Shown here one piece after another: positions 1 to 9,615 of a stretch of 54,938 bases of DNA (position 1 is its first letter; the number at the start of each line of letters is the position of its first letter). The DNA comes from a virus. Its lineage: Duplodnaviria; Caudoviricetes. The stretch is taken from positions 1 through 54,938 of IMG/VR virus record IMGVR_UViG_3300031841_003996; one strand, 5' to 3'. The notes under the pieces were generated by a model. It saw only the letters and a program-made list of their open reading frames with translations, was not told the origin of the DNA and made no database searches. The translations under genes and the position numbers were made by a program.

Positions 1-63
1 GCGCCTGTTGCAAATACAGTTGATGATGTAGGTGCAGCGTTTGACGAATTGTTTAACGACTAA
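1..63 (+). CDS. C-terminal end of probable ssDNA-binding protein (gp32-like), partial
   Basis: Frame 1 reads APVANTVDDVGAAFDELFND*, an acidic ...FDELF tail typical of phage SSBs, directly upstream of recA. Confidence 0.55.
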   Translation, partial: APVANTVDDVGAAFDELFND

Positions 64-78
64 TAAAAAAGGTTACAA

Positions 79-1218
79 ATGGCTAAGTCTAAAAGCGAAC
101 TCTCCGATGAGTTAGCATCATCGTTAGCAGATGATATCAACAAGAAATTTAAGAACACTGGTTACAAGACTGCATTTTTCCTCGAGGGAGAAACTATATC
201 TCCATCCGATGTTCGAGGCTGGGTGAAGACTGGTTCATCGATGCTTGACCTAGCAATTTCTAATCGACCCGACGGAGGACTTCCTGTAGGACGTATAACA
301 GAGATTACAGGATTGGAAGCATCTGGTAAGTCCTTATTGGCAGCACATGCTCTTGCAAATACACAGCAACAAGGAGGCTTGGCAGTGTATATTGATACAG
401 AGAATGCTGTTAGTAGAGATTTCCTAGAAGCTATTGGTCTTGATTTGCAAAAGATGCTTTATATTCCGCTTGAAACGGTAGAAGATATCTTTGAAGCAAT
501 CGAGAGCATTACAGAATCAGTACGTAAATCAAACAAAGATCGTTTGGTCACAATTGTAGTAGACTCAGTGATGGGTGCATCTACTAAGATTGAAATGGCA
601 AAGGAATTTGATAAGGATGGATATGCAACTTCCAAAGCTATTATTCTTTCGAAAGGTATGCGTAAGCTTACTAATATGATTGGACGAGAAAGAATTTGTT
701 TGTTATTTACAAATCAATTAAGAACAAGATTGGGTGTGGCATTTGGTGATCCGTATACAACTTCAGGCGGTAAAGCAATTCCATTCCATGCTTCGGTTCG
801 GTTACGTTTAAAATCAGTTGGGCAAATTAAAATGAAGAAGGATGGCGTTGACCAAGTCATTGGCATCAAGACTCGTGCTCAGGTGGTTAAAAATAGAATG
901 GGTCCCCCATTGAAGACAATCGATTATGATATCTATTTTGAATCTGGTATCGATGATTACGGTGGATGGCTCAACATTATGAAGAATTATAAGATCGTAT
1001 CTCAGGCAGGTGCATGGTATACATATACAGCTGCTAATGGTAAAGATATTAAGTTCCAAAGTAAAGACTTCCAAAAGAAACTTGAGGAAGATCCTGCATT
1101 GGAGCAAGAGATCTATCAAAAGATTTGCGATTCATATATTCTTCAATATAAGCCAGGCGAGGATATTGGAATTGACGATGTCGAGATTGACGAAGAATTT
1201 GTTTCAGAAGAGGGATGA
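79..1218 (+). CDS. recA: RecA/UvsX recombinase
   Basis: Walker A GLEASGKS, YIDTENA, IVVDSV, FTNQLR, TTSGGKAIPFHASVRLRL, VVKNRMGPP. Confidence 0.95.
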   Translation: MAKSKSELSDELASSLADDINKKFKNTGYKTAFFLEGETISPSDVRGWVKTGSSMLDLAISNRPDGGLPVGRITEITGLEASGKSLLAAHALANTQQQGGLAVYIDTENAVSRDFLEAIGLDLQKMLYIPLETVEDIFEAIESITESVRKSNKDRLVTIVVDSVMGASTKIEMAKEFDKDGYATSKAIILSKGMRKLTNMIGRERICLLFTNQLRTRLGVAFGDPYTTSGGKAIPFHASVRLRLKSVGQIKMKKDGVDQVIGIKTRAQVVKNRMGPPLKTIDYDIYFESGIDDYGGWLNIMKNYKIVSQAGAWYTYTAANGKDIKFQSKDFQKKLEEDPALEQEIYQKICDSYILQYKPGEDIGIDDVEIDEEFVSEEG

Positions 1219-2264
1219 AGTCGAGATATCTAGACATATTGCGCGAAGTTGAACAGGAACATCAACAAGGTCAGGGTTCGAGTAAAAACAGCCATCTACT
1301 CGTTATAGACGGTTTGAATACCTTTATACGAGTTTTCTCAGCAGTCCCTGCCCTAAATGACGACGGTGATCATATTGGCGGGGTAACGGGCTTTCTTAGG
1401 TCCGTTGCCGCCGTCGTCAGACAAGTTAAACCTACGCGTTGTGTGATTGTGTTTGATGGTAAAGGGGGTTCGGTACGTCGTAAGAAATTGTTTCCAGAGT
1501 ATAAAGCGAATCGAGCTAATAAGACATCTTTCAATCGTTACAAAGAGTTTGCTTCATTACAAGATGAGCAAGAGTCGATGAAACGACAATATGGAAGAAT
1601 GATTCAATACTTACAGTGCCTCCCCATTACTGTCTTAGCAATTGATCAGGTAGAGGCTGATGACATTATTGCATATATCTCAAATGAGATCTATACAAAG
1701 GATAATGAACGCGTGACAATTTGTTCGACGGATAGAGACTTCTTGCAACTGGTAAACAATCGTATTTCAGTTTGGAGTCCTATCAAAAAGAAAATGTACA
1801 CGCCCGAATTGATGAAAGAAGAATTTGGATTTAGTCCTGAAAATTATCTTATGTATCGTGCATTCATTGGCGATAAGTCAGATAACATACCTGGATTGAA
1901 TGGCGTGGGAGCTAAAAGTTTGATCAAGCATTTTCCTATGTTTACGGATGATAGGGAAGTATCAATAGATGAATTGATTGAACATGCAGAGACTGTAGAA
2001 AAGCAGTATAAAGTACATGAACGAGTAGCAGATGGCCGAGTGATATTAGAGCGGAACTATGCGTTAATGCAACTCAAAGAAGTCGATATATCAGGCAATG
2101 CTAAACTGTTAGCACTAGATCAAGTTCAACGCGATATCAATCGAATGGACGTGCTAGAGTTTAAAAAGATGTTCATGCGTGATAAGATGTACACTGTTAT
2201 CAAAGATTTGGATAGTTGGCTGAGTTCATCATTCAACTCATTAAATGCTTACGCATCACTTTGA
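1215..2264 (+). CDS. 5'-3' exonuclease / T4 RNase H-like flap nuclease
   Basis: LVIDGLN, VFDGKGG, EYKANR, EADDII, STDRDFLQL, GDKSDNIPGLNGVG (H3TH). Confidence 0.92.
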   Translation: MKSRYLDILREVEQEHQQGQGSSKNSHLLVIDGLNTFIRVFSAVPALNDDGDHIGGVTGFLRSVAAVVRQVKPTRCVIVFDGKGGSVRRKKLFPEYKANRANKTSFNRYKEFASLQDEQESMKRQYGRMIQYLQCLPITVLAIDQVEADDIIAYISNEIYTKDNERVTICSTDRDFLQLVNNRISVWSPIKKKMYTPELMKEEFGFSPENYLMYRAFIGDKSDNIPGLNGVGAKSLIKHFPMFTDDREVSIDELIEHAETVEKQYKVHERVADGRVILERNYALMQLKEVDISGNAKLLALDQVQRDINRMDVLEFKKMFMRDKMYTVIKDLDSWLSSSFNSLNAYASL

Positions 2265-2290
2265 CATTTGAAATAATGTCCTTATAATTA
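2260..2290 (+). promoter_or_regulatory. Early/middle promoter TTTG-N19-TATAATTA (also TTGACA-N16-TATAAT)
   Basis: Member of a recurrent intergenic motif family; helicase ATG follows at 2295. Confidence 0.7.
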
Positions 2291-2294
2291 TGAT

Positions 2295-3650
2295 ATGACA
2301 GATAGGTTAAGTTCGTACGGCTACAATTTTCAGGTAAAGGTTATAACATCTTTACTTGTTGATAAAATGTTTTTGCAGCAGATATCGGACATACTATCTC
2401 CTAAGTATTTTGAGAGTGAGGCTAATCAATGGCTGATAGATACTATTCTAGAGTATAACAAGGAGTATAAATCATCTCCTACTCTAGAAGTATTGAAAGT
2501 GAAGTTGGAGGATGTGGATCATGATGTACTTAAGACGCAAGTAGTCAATCATCTTAAGGATGCCTGGAAGTATACAGAATCTCCTGATCTAACATTTATC
2601 AAAGAACAAGCACTTGACTTTTGTAAGAATCAAGAGATTAAGAAAGCTATTCTTAAGTCAGTAGAGTTATTGAAGTCTGGTCAATATGATGAGATCAAAG
2701 CTCATGTCGATAATGCAATGAAGGCTGGCGCTGATAAAGATATTGGCCATGAGTACATGAAGAATATCGATGAACGATATACAGATGCTGTTAGATTTGT
2801 TCAAGAGACCCCATGGGAAGTTATCAATGAGCTAACAGATGGCGGTATAGGTAAAGGTGAGTTAGGTGTTATGGTCGCGCCTGCTGGTATCGGTAAGTCA
2901 TGGGCATTGATGAATATCGGAGCTCATGCAGTGAAGAATGGTAAGACGGTACTTCATTATACTCTCGAATTGAACCAGGCATATGTAGGTTTAAGATATG
3001 ACTCTGTTATAACAGGTATTGCTAATCAGAATCTTAAACATTATCAAGAAGATGTAAAGGATCATCTATCAAAGATAGATGGCGAGCTGATTATTAAGCA
3101 TTATCCAACTAAGACAGTATCAGTAATGGGTCTTCGAGCACATATTGAAAAATGTATTATGCAAGGCAAGAAGCCCGATGTAGTTATAGTTGATTATGCA
3201 GACTTGTTAAGAGGCCATGGCCAAGAGAAACGTCATGAACTTGAGGGCATATATGAAGACCTAAGAGGCCTTGCGGGTGAATATGAATTGCCGGTCTGGA
3301 CAGCATCTCAAGCTAATAGATCTGCACTTGAAGAAGATGTTATTGATGCAAGTAAGGTTGCTGAATCATATGGTAAGGTAATGGTAGCAGACTTCATTAT
3401 CTCATTGTCTCGTAAGGTGCAAGATAAGTTAGCAGGTACGGGCCGTTGGCATATTATTAAGAATCGATTTGGTCCTGATGGTATTACATTGCCTAGTAAG
3501 ATGAATACATCAAATGGTCAGTTTAATATTTATGCAGATACATCGGTTGACGGAAAAGATGCAAAGCAACAAATGCAAAATGGTAATGAATTGGCTAGAC
3601 AGATGCTAGCCCAGAAGTTTCAAGAAATTAACAACGAAGGTTTCGAGTAA
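2295..3650 (+). CDS. Replicative DnaB/gp41-like helicase
   Basis: Walker A APAGIGKS, YTLEL, IVDYADLL, WTASQANR, IIKNRFG. Confidence 0.93.
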   Translation: MTDRLSSYGYNFQVKVITSLLVDKMFLQQISDILSPKYFESEANQWLIDTILEYNKEYKSSPTLEVLKVKLEDVDHDVLKTQVVNHLKDAWKYTESPDLTFIKEQALDFCKNQEIKKAILKSVELLKSGQYDEIKAHVDNAMKAGADKDIGHEYMKNIDERYTDAVRFVQETPWEVINELTDGGIGKGELGVMVAPAGIGKSWALMNIGAHAVKNGKTVLHYTLELNQAYVGLRYDSVITGIANQNLKHYQEDVKDHLSKIDGELIIKHYPTKTVSVMGLRAHIEKCIMQGKKPDVVIVDYADLLRGHGQEKRHELEGIYEDLRGLAGEYELPVWTASQANRSALEEDVIDASKVAESYGKVMVADFIISLSRKVQDKLAGTGRWHIIKNRFGPDGITLPSKMNTSNGQFNIYADTSVDGKDAKQQMQNGNELARQMLAQKFQEINNEGFE

Positions 3651-3700
3651 AAAAAGTAATGAAAAAGTGCCTCAAACTGAACTTGCTCTATGATGTGCAC

Positions 3701-3747
3701 TATATTTATTTGTAAAATCATTAGAATTTGTAACTCATGCGAGTTAC
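3701..3747 (+). promoter_or_regulatory. TATATTTATT motif plus hairpin GTAACTC-ATGC-GAGTTAC in the RNR leader
   Basis: Motif at 3701-3710; perfect 7-bp inverted repeat at 3730-3747. Confidence 0.45.
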
Positions 3748-3784
3748 TAATTTACTCTTAATCATAACAAAATAGGAATATAAG

Positions 3785-5641
3785 ATGGATGTTTCGAATA
3801 GGATTTTGTCCGACATAACTGTACACATGAAGTATGCTAAGTACGATGAGGAAAAGCAACGTAGGGAAACATGGGAAGAACTTGTTACGCGTAACAAAGA
3901 AATGCATATCAAGAAGTACCCTAAATTGAAAGACGAAATTGAATCGGTTTATGAATTAGTTTATGATAAGAAGATTTTGCCATCAATGCGTAGTTTGCAA
4001 TTCGGCGGCAAGCCAATTGAAATATCTCCTAACAGAGTTTACAATTGTGCATATTTGCCTATCGACGATTGGAGATCGTTTGGCGAAACAATGTTTTTGT
4101 TGTTAGGAGGAACAGGCGTAGGATATTCAGTTCAAAAGCATCATGTAGATGCATTGCCTGAGATTCGTAAACCAAATCCGGATCGTCGTCGTAGATTCCT
4201 TATTGCAGATTCAATCGAAGGATGGGCAGATGCAGTTAAAGCACTTATGAAGACTTACTTCTATGGAGGATCTAAGCTTAAGTTTGATTTCTCTGACATC
4301 AGACCTAAAGGTGCTAGACTTGTTACATCAGGAGGTAAAGCACCGGGACCTCAACCACTTAAAGAATGTCTTGTTAAGATTGAAGGCATCTTGAGCGAAA
4401 AGGAAGATGGTGATAAACTTTCGCCTATCGAGACTCATGATATTGTTTGTCATATTGCAGATGCTGTACTTGCCGGAGGCATTCGTCGTGCTGCATTGAT
4501 TAGCTTGTTTAGTGCAGATGATGATGAAATGATTGCATGTAAGTCCGGTGACTGGTGGGAACACAATCCACAGAGAGGACGTGCTAACAATTCGGCAGTA
4601 TTATTAAGACATCGTATTACAAAAGAGTTCTTCACTGACCTTTGGAAGCGTGTCGAATTGTCCGGAGCAGGTGAGCCTGGAATCTATTTCTCAAATGATA
4701 AAGATTGGGGAACTAACCCATGTTGCGAAATTGCACTTCGTCCTTTCCAATTCTGCAATCTTTGTGAAGTAAATGTTTCTAATATTGAATCTCAGGATGA
4801 TTATAATAGACGTGTTAAGGGAGCTGCATTTATAGGTACGTTGCAAGCAGGATATACTGACTTTCATTACCTACGCCCAGTATGGCAACGTACTACAGAA
4901 AGAGATGCATTGATCGGCGTTTCAATGACCGGTATAGGATCTGGTACAGTGTTAGGTTATGACATGAAAGAATCTGCTAAACTTGTCAAAGAAGAAAATC
5001 GACGAGTAGCAGATATAATCGGCATTAATAAATCGGCACGTTGTACTACTGTTAAGCCTGCAGGCACGACATCATTGACGCTTGGTACATCATCTGGTAT
5101 TCATGCATGGCATAATGATTACTATGTTAGAAGAATACGTGTTGGTAAGAATGAAGCTATCTATAACTACTTGATGGAATATCATCCCGAATTAGTTGAA
5201 GATGAATACTTCCGTCCGCATGATACAGCCGTTATTAGTATCCCGCAAAAGTCGCCTGAAGGAGCTATTATGAGAACAGAATCGCCATTCCAATTGTTAG
5301 AACGTGTTAAGCGTGTGACGCAAGAATGGATCCGTCCAGGTCATAGAACTGGCGCTAATACTCATAATGTTTCTGCTACTATCTCATTGAGAGAACATGA
5401 ATGGGAAGCGGCTGGAGAATGGATGTGGGACAATAGAGAGTTCTACAATGGGTTATCGGTATTGCCATATGATGGTGGAACATATACACAAGCGCCATTT
5501 GAAGATATTGATAAAGAGAAGTTTGAACAGATGATGCGTACATTGTCTGACGTCGACTTAACAAGAGTTATTGAACTTGATGATGAAACGGATTTGTCTG
5601 GTGAATTAGCTTGTGCCGGTGGAGCATGCGAAATCGTATAA
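3785..5641 (+). CDS. nrdJ: Class II (adenosylcobalamin-dependent) ribonucleotide reductase, monomeric RTPR type
   Basis: RRETWEE, LPSMRSL, YNCAY, GTNPCCEI, CNLCEVN, TTVKPAGT, C-terminal CAGGACEIV; no beta subunit nearby. Confidence 0.92.
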   Translation: MDVSNRILSDITVHMKYAKYDEEKQRRETWEELVTRNKEMHIKKYPKLKDEIESVYELVYDKKILPSMRSLQFGGKPIEISPNRVYNCAYLPIDDWRSFGETMFLLLGGTGVGYSVQKHHVDALPEIRKPNPDRRRRFLIADSIEGWADAVKALMKTYFYGGSKLKFDFSDIRPKGARLVTSGGKAPGPQPLKECLVKIEGILSEKEDGDKLSPIETHDIVCHIADAVLAGGIRRAALISLFSADDDEMIACKSGDWWEHNPQRGRANNSAVLLRHRITKEFFTDLWKRVELSGAGEPGIYFSNDKDWGTNPCCEIALRPFQFCNLCEVNVSNIESQDDYNRRVKGAAFIGTLQAGYTDFHYLRPVWQRTTERDALIGVSMTGIGSGTVLGYDMKESAKLVKEENRRVADIIGINKSARCTTVKPAGTTSLTLGTSSGIHAWHNDYYVRRIRVGKNEAIYNYLMEYHPELVEDEYFRPHDTAVISIPQKSPEGAIMRTESPFQLLERVKRVTQEWIRPGHRTGANTHNVSATISLREHEWEAAGEWMWDNREFYNGLSVLPYDGGTYTQAPFEDIDKEKFEQMMRTLSDVDLTRVIELDDETDLSGELACAGGACEIV

Positions 5642-5805
5642 CAAAAAATTATTTAGGCCCTTATTACGTAGTCGGTGACAATATAAATGAAGTGTTTACA
5701 TATCAGAAAGATGTATCCAAGCGTTTCAAAGTCACCGGCTCGTATAAGGAACTGCAGAACAAGTTATCTAAACGTGGATTGATTTTAACAAGAGAAAAGG
5801 AATGA
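5626..5805 (+). CDS. Small hypothetical protein
   Basis: Short ORF overlapping the nrdJ stop, with GGAG before the ATG. Confidence 0.4.
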   Translation: MRNRITKNYLGPYYVVGDNINEVFTYQKDVSKRFKVTGSYKELQNKLSKRGLILTREKE

Positions 5806-5861
5806 GACGAGATGATTGGATTTCTGGTATGTATCATGGGTATGACCAATATTTATATAAA

Positions 5862-6227
5862 ATGATACAATTAAAGCCTATAATGGAACAAGTTCGTGGT
5901 GCTAGCCAATTGGAGGGCACGGAGGATGAAGACAGAACTATCATTCCACAAGAAGATATTACTAAGGAATTATCTAAAGTAGGCGCTACCGATTTCAGAG
6001 TAACAACTATCAAAGGGGCATATGCTCTTACAATGGAACGTAAGTTTGAAGATTACAAGCAAACTTTAAAGTTCGTTAATGATGTTGCAAAGATATCTGA
6101 AAAGTTAGATCATCACGGAGACATATTTTTTAATTACGATACAGTTAAGATAGAAATTTATTCACATTCGCATAATGCTGTTACAACTAAAGATATAGAG
6201 TTTGCCGATGCTGTTTCAAAGAAATAA
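5862..6227 (+). CDS. Pterin-4-alpha-carbinolamine dehydratase (PCD/PhhB-like) with N-terminal extension
   Basis: F..Y...LKFVNDVAKISEKLDHHGDI....V.I.IYSH....VT.KD..FA; ATG 5862 follows AATATTTATA (alternative start 5802). Confidence 0.8.
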   Translation: MIQLKPIMEQVRGASQLEGTEDEDRTIIPQEDITKELSKVGATDFRVTTIKGAYALTMERKFEDYKQTLKFVNDVAKISEKLDHHGDIFFNYDTVKIEIYSHSHNAVTTKDIEFADAVSKK

Positions 6228-6903
6228 CACTAAGATTATCAAAGACCTTTGGCTAAAAAAGCCGATAGAAGAATATACGGTTGATTGGGAATTAGATTTC
6301 TTTGATCGTGAAGGATATCAACTTAACTCGATTGAGAAAGAGTATCATGCCGTTAACGAAGTTAACATTCATACAGAAGATAGAATGGCACGTAGAGTGT
6401 CAGATGATGCCTTAAATGTTGTATTACAGCATTGGTATGAACAAGTCGAACATCATCCAAACATTTTTATTGATCACGCTCATATCTTACATCGATTTGG
6501 TTTTGCAGGAAAGGCTCGTGCACAATTAGTTAACCATGCTAAGCGTCATCCTAAACTTCGTAAGTTAGTTTTTGCTAAGCCTAAGTATGGATTGGATTTT
6601 GCAATCGATTGGATAGACGAGGATCAGGTTATAGAAATGTTTCATATAGAACTTGATTGTAGAGACTATGACAAGTTTGTTGATATTGTTGAGAAGTTAG
6701 AAAAATTTATCGAAACAACAGATTGGCAAGCCAAGGGTGCAGAGCTAGTCGCTCGTAAGGATGAATGGGCTAAGTTAGACGAATATGAACAGGCAGTGTA
6801 CAAAGCTAAATTATACGGCTTAGATAAAGTAGATATTGATTACTTTACGGGACACTATTTGAACAAGCCATATTTGTTTACTTACTTAAAAGTAATCGAT
6901 TGA
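6208..6903 (+). CDS. Hypothetical phage protein
   Basis: ~231-aa ORF with FDREGYQL and KPKYGLDFAIDW; no recognised family. Confidence 0.7.
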   Translation: MLFQRNNTKIIKDLWLKKPIEEYTVDWELDFFDREGYQLNSIEKEYHAVNEVNIHTEDRMARRVSDDALNVVLQHWYEQVEHHPNIFIDHAHILHRFGFAGKARAQLVNHAKRHPKLRKLVFAKPKYGLDFAIDWIDEDQVIEMFHIELDCRDYDKFVDIVEKLEKFIETTDWQAKGAELVARKDEWAKLDEYEQAVYKAKLYGLDKVDIDYFTGHYLNKPYLFTYLKVID

Positions 6904-6935
6904 TTTGGTTATTTGAATCATCTTTCATATATTAA
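6904..6935 (+). promoter_or_regulatory. Promoter TTTG-N20-TATATTAA
   Basis: Motif family member; ATG at 6939. Confidence 0.65.
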
Positions 6936-6938
6936 GAT

Positions 6939-7073
6939 ATGAGTAAGACAAAAGAAATTCTTTTACGTTTAGAAGATACTCGCGGTGAGTACGGCGATGA
7001 CTTCCTCGATGATGAATACTTCTACAATAAGTATTTGAGAGAAACGCCTAAAGATTTTGACGAAAAGTCTTGA
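6939..7073 (+). CDS. Small acidic hypothetical protein (44 aa; not in the ORF track)
   Basis: MSKTKEILLRLEDTRGEYGDDFLDDEYFYNKYLRETPKDFDEKS*, directly behind a promoter motif. Confidence 0.6.
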   Translation: MSKTKEILLRLEDTRGEYGDDFLDDEYFYNKYLRETPKDFDEKS

Positions 7074-7100
7074 TTATTTAATCATAGTTTCATATATTTA
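7069..7100 (+). promoter_or_regulatory. Promoter CTTG-N20-TATATTTA
   Basis: Motif family member upstream of the 7121 ORF and que operon. Confidence 0.65.
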
Positions 7101-7120
7101 TCAAAACAAAATCAGTTACA

Positions 7121-7408
7121 ATGTTCAAGTTTAAAGATGTCGACGTGACGTTTGAATTTAAGAAGCTTCCTAAATATGATCAGGAGTATCTTAAGACAAT
7201 GGCCTATGAAACCGTTCAGACCAATTCTGTAAAGAACTCTGGTAAATCATTTAAAGAATGGTATCCTAAGGCTAAGAACTTTACTATGTTCAAAGATAAG
7301 TCTACTATGTACAATTATATGTCAGAGTTTAGTGGTCAGTATGCAAATACTGCATCTCACCTGCTTGATGGTACTAAGTATTTCTTTGCTTGGACATACT
7401 CGAAATAA
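7121..7408 (+). CDS. Hypothetical protein
   Basis: 95-aa ORF heading the que operon. Confidence 0.65.
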   Translation: MFKFKDVDVTFEFKKLPKYDQEYLKTMAYETVQTNSVKNSGKSFKEWYPKAKNFTMFKDKSTMYNYMSEFSGQYANTASHLLDGTKYFFAWTYSK

Positions 7409-7416
7409 GGAGTATA

Positions 7417-7854
7417 ATGTACAGGAGTTACAAAGAGTTTAACGGTTATAGTACAGCATTTAGGCAATGGCGCGCAGATTCACATTGCAGATATGTACAT
7501 GGCTATGCAATTCATTTCAAGGTTTGGTTCGAAGGTGAGCTAGATGAACGCAATTGGGTATGTGATTTTGGATGTTTCAAACGTAATGGCATTAAAGATA
7601 TGCTAAAAGAAATGTTCGATCATACTACAATTGTTGCGGATGATGATCCGTATAAAGATCGATTCATCGAAATGGCTAATTCCGATCTAATTCAATTACG
7701 TATTATGCCAGATGTAGGCTGCGAAAAGTTTGCTGAATGGGTATTCAATGCAGTCAATGAAGCTATCCAGTTAGAGACTGATGGTAGAGTAAATGTATAT
7801 AAAGTTCAATGTTGGGAACATTCTGAAAATATGGCGGAGTATTATGGCGAATAA
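7417..7854 (+). CDS. queD: 6-carboxy-5,6,7,8-tetrahydropterin synthase (QueD/PTPS family)
   Basis: SHCRYVHGY, WVCDFG, FDHT, GCEKFAE, WEH..N.A.Y; AGGAG upstream of ATG 7417. Confidence 0.9.
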   Translation: MYRSYKEFNGYSTAFRQWRADSHCRYVHGYAIHFKVWFEGELDERNWVCDFGCFKRNGIKDMLKEMFDHTTIVADDDPYKDRFIEMANSDLIQLRIMPDVGCEKFAEWVFNAVNEAIQLETDGRVNVYKVQCWEHSENMAEYYGE

Positions 7855-8620
7855 GCGAATTGAAGATTATGATAAAGTATTGCCTATTAACGAATTGTAT
7901 AGATGTGTACAATCCGAAGGCAGTAGATTCGGACGTCCTACTATTGCAATCCGCGTAACAGGTTGTACTCACCGATGCTGGTTTGGTGAAGGTGGTTGGT
8001 GCGATAGTTGGTATAGTTCTATTCATCCTGAGAAAGGCAAGTTTACATTCAATGACATTATCAAAATTTATGATGAGAATCCTCATGTAAAGGAGATGAT
8101 GTTAACAGGCGGCGCGCCGACAATGCAGCCGGCATTAGTAAATGAATTGATGCATTTTGCTAGTAAACGTGGTATTATCGTTACTATAGAAACTGAAGGT
8201 TCGCATTTCGTTGAAACGGATTTGCCTATCGATCTTATTTCTCTCAGTCCTAAATTTTCCAATTCGGTTCCTAAAGTAGGTATTGAAACGCCTGGTGGTA
8301 AGATTGTAGATGAGCGATTCGTTAAACAGCATAACAAGTTCCGTCTTAACTATGATGCAATTCGTAAGATGATTGATTATCATTACGATTATCATTACAA
8401 GCCAGTATGGGATGGTACAGATGAATGCCTTAAGGAGATTGAAGACTTCCGTATGAAGATGGATATTCCTAAACATAAGACATTTGTAATGCCCGCGGGT
8501 GATTCGAGAGAACAATTAATTAAAATGTATCCGCTAGTATTTGAACTTTGTGCAGAACATGGTTACAATATGACAGGTAGAGATCATATTATTGCATTTG
8601 ATCAAGAACGAGCAGTATAA
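7844..8620 (+). CDS. queE: 7-carboxy-7-deazaguanine synthase (radical SAM)
   Basis: ELY..VQSEG..FGRPTI.IR.TGC, LTGGAP, TIETEG, SLSPK; Cys motif CTHRCWFGEGGWC. Confidence 0.88.
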   Translation: MANKRIEDYDKVLPINELYRCVQSEGSRFGRPTIAIRVTGCTHRCWFGEGGWCDSWYSSIHPEKGKFTFNDIIKIYDENPHVKEMMLTGGAPTMQPALVNELMHFASKRGIIVTIETEGSHFVETDLPIDLISLSPKFSNSVPKVGIETPGGKIVDERFVKQHNKFRLNYDAIRKMIDYHYDYHYKPVWDGTDECLKEIEDFRMKMDIPKHKTFVMPAGDSREQLIKMYPLVFELCAEHGYNMTGRDHIIAFDQERAV

Positions 8621-8630
8621 AGGAGTTACA

Positions 8631-8927
8631 ATGAAAATGAGACCAATGGGAGATCAAATACTCCTAAAAGCAAAAAAGAAAGAAGATAAGACGGCGTCTG
8701 GTATTATTCTTACAGCTAATGAAGCTAATTATGAATATGCAGAAGTAAAGGGCGTCGGTCCTGGATTATTCACTCAAACCGGTGACCGCATACCGATGAC
8801 AATCAAAGTAGGCGATACAGTATTGCTACATGGCAGATTGTTGAAAGGCGATAATGAAGTAGAATTTGAAGACGAAAAATACATATTGGTAAGAGAATCA
8901 GAAATAGCAATGGTATCGACTAAATAA
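8631..8927 (+). CDS. groES: Co-chaperonin GroES
   Basis: MRPMGDQIL, KTASGIIL, VGPG, IKVGDTVL, YILVRESEI. Confidence 0.93.
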   Translation: MKMRPMGDQILLKAKKKEDKTASGIILTANEANYEYAEVKGVGPGLFTQTGDRIPMTIKVGDTVLLHGRLLKGDNEVEFEDEKYILVRESEIAMVSTK

Positions 8928-8952
8928 TTCGTAATAATAAAACTGAAGAATT

Positions 8953-9615
8953 ATGTGTAAGAACAAAGTAAATTTAGAGCTAGTTAAAGAAGGCTTTGCA
9001 AATGGAGTAGCCAAAGGCCGTCCATTGACAGACGATGAGAAGAAGGAGATGATCCTTCGGGCAGAAACAGCATTTGGAGAGTTTCTGGATGCATTAAAAG
9101 TAGATTGGAGAAATGATCCTAATTCAGATCGTACTCCGTATCGAGTTGCTAAGGCATATGTAAATGATCTATGGGCTGGACGATATGAAGGCGCTCCAGA
9201 GATTACAGCATTTCCTAGTGATGGATATGATGGTATGGTATTCGAAGGGGGCATTCCTTTAACTAGTATGTGTTCACACCATCACCAAACAATTATGGGT
9301 AAGGTACATGTTGCTTATATTCCAGGTAAGGATAGTAAAGTAATTGGTCTGAGTAAACTCAATCGATTAGTAGAACATTTCGGACGCCGCGGCGCTATTC
9401 AAGAGCAATTGACTGTTGCAATTCATCATGCAATTGAAACTATTATCGAAGACAATGCTGGCGTAGCAGTTATGATTGAAGCGACTCATAATTGTGTACA
9501 ATGCCGAGGAGTTAAGCATGGCGGTGCTAGTATGAAGACTAGTAAGTTAACTGGAGCATTTAAGAATGATAAAGCAACGCGTGCTGAGTTCTATGAATTC
9601 GTAAAGGGATACTAA
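8953..9615 (+). CDS. folE: GTP cyclohydrolase I
   Basis: TPYRVAK, SMCSHHH, GLSKLNR, IQEQLT, HNCVQCRGV. Confidence 0.95.
   Translation: MCKNKVNLELVKEGFANGVAKGRPLTDDEKKEMILRAETAFGEFLDALKVDWRNDPNSDRTPYRVAKAYVNDLWAGRYEGAPEITAFPSDGYDGMVFEGGIPLTSMCSHHHQTIMGKVHVAYIPGKDSKVIGLSKLNRLVEHFGRRGAIQEQLTVAIHHAIETIIEDNAGVAVMIEATHNCVQCRGVKHGGASMKTSKLTGAFKNDKATRAEFYEFVKGY

Noticed and set aside
3698-3713. NrdR box upstream of nrdJ
   Set aside because: Only a partial match lacking the conserved right-half G, single copy, and better explained by the recurrent ATATTTAT motif
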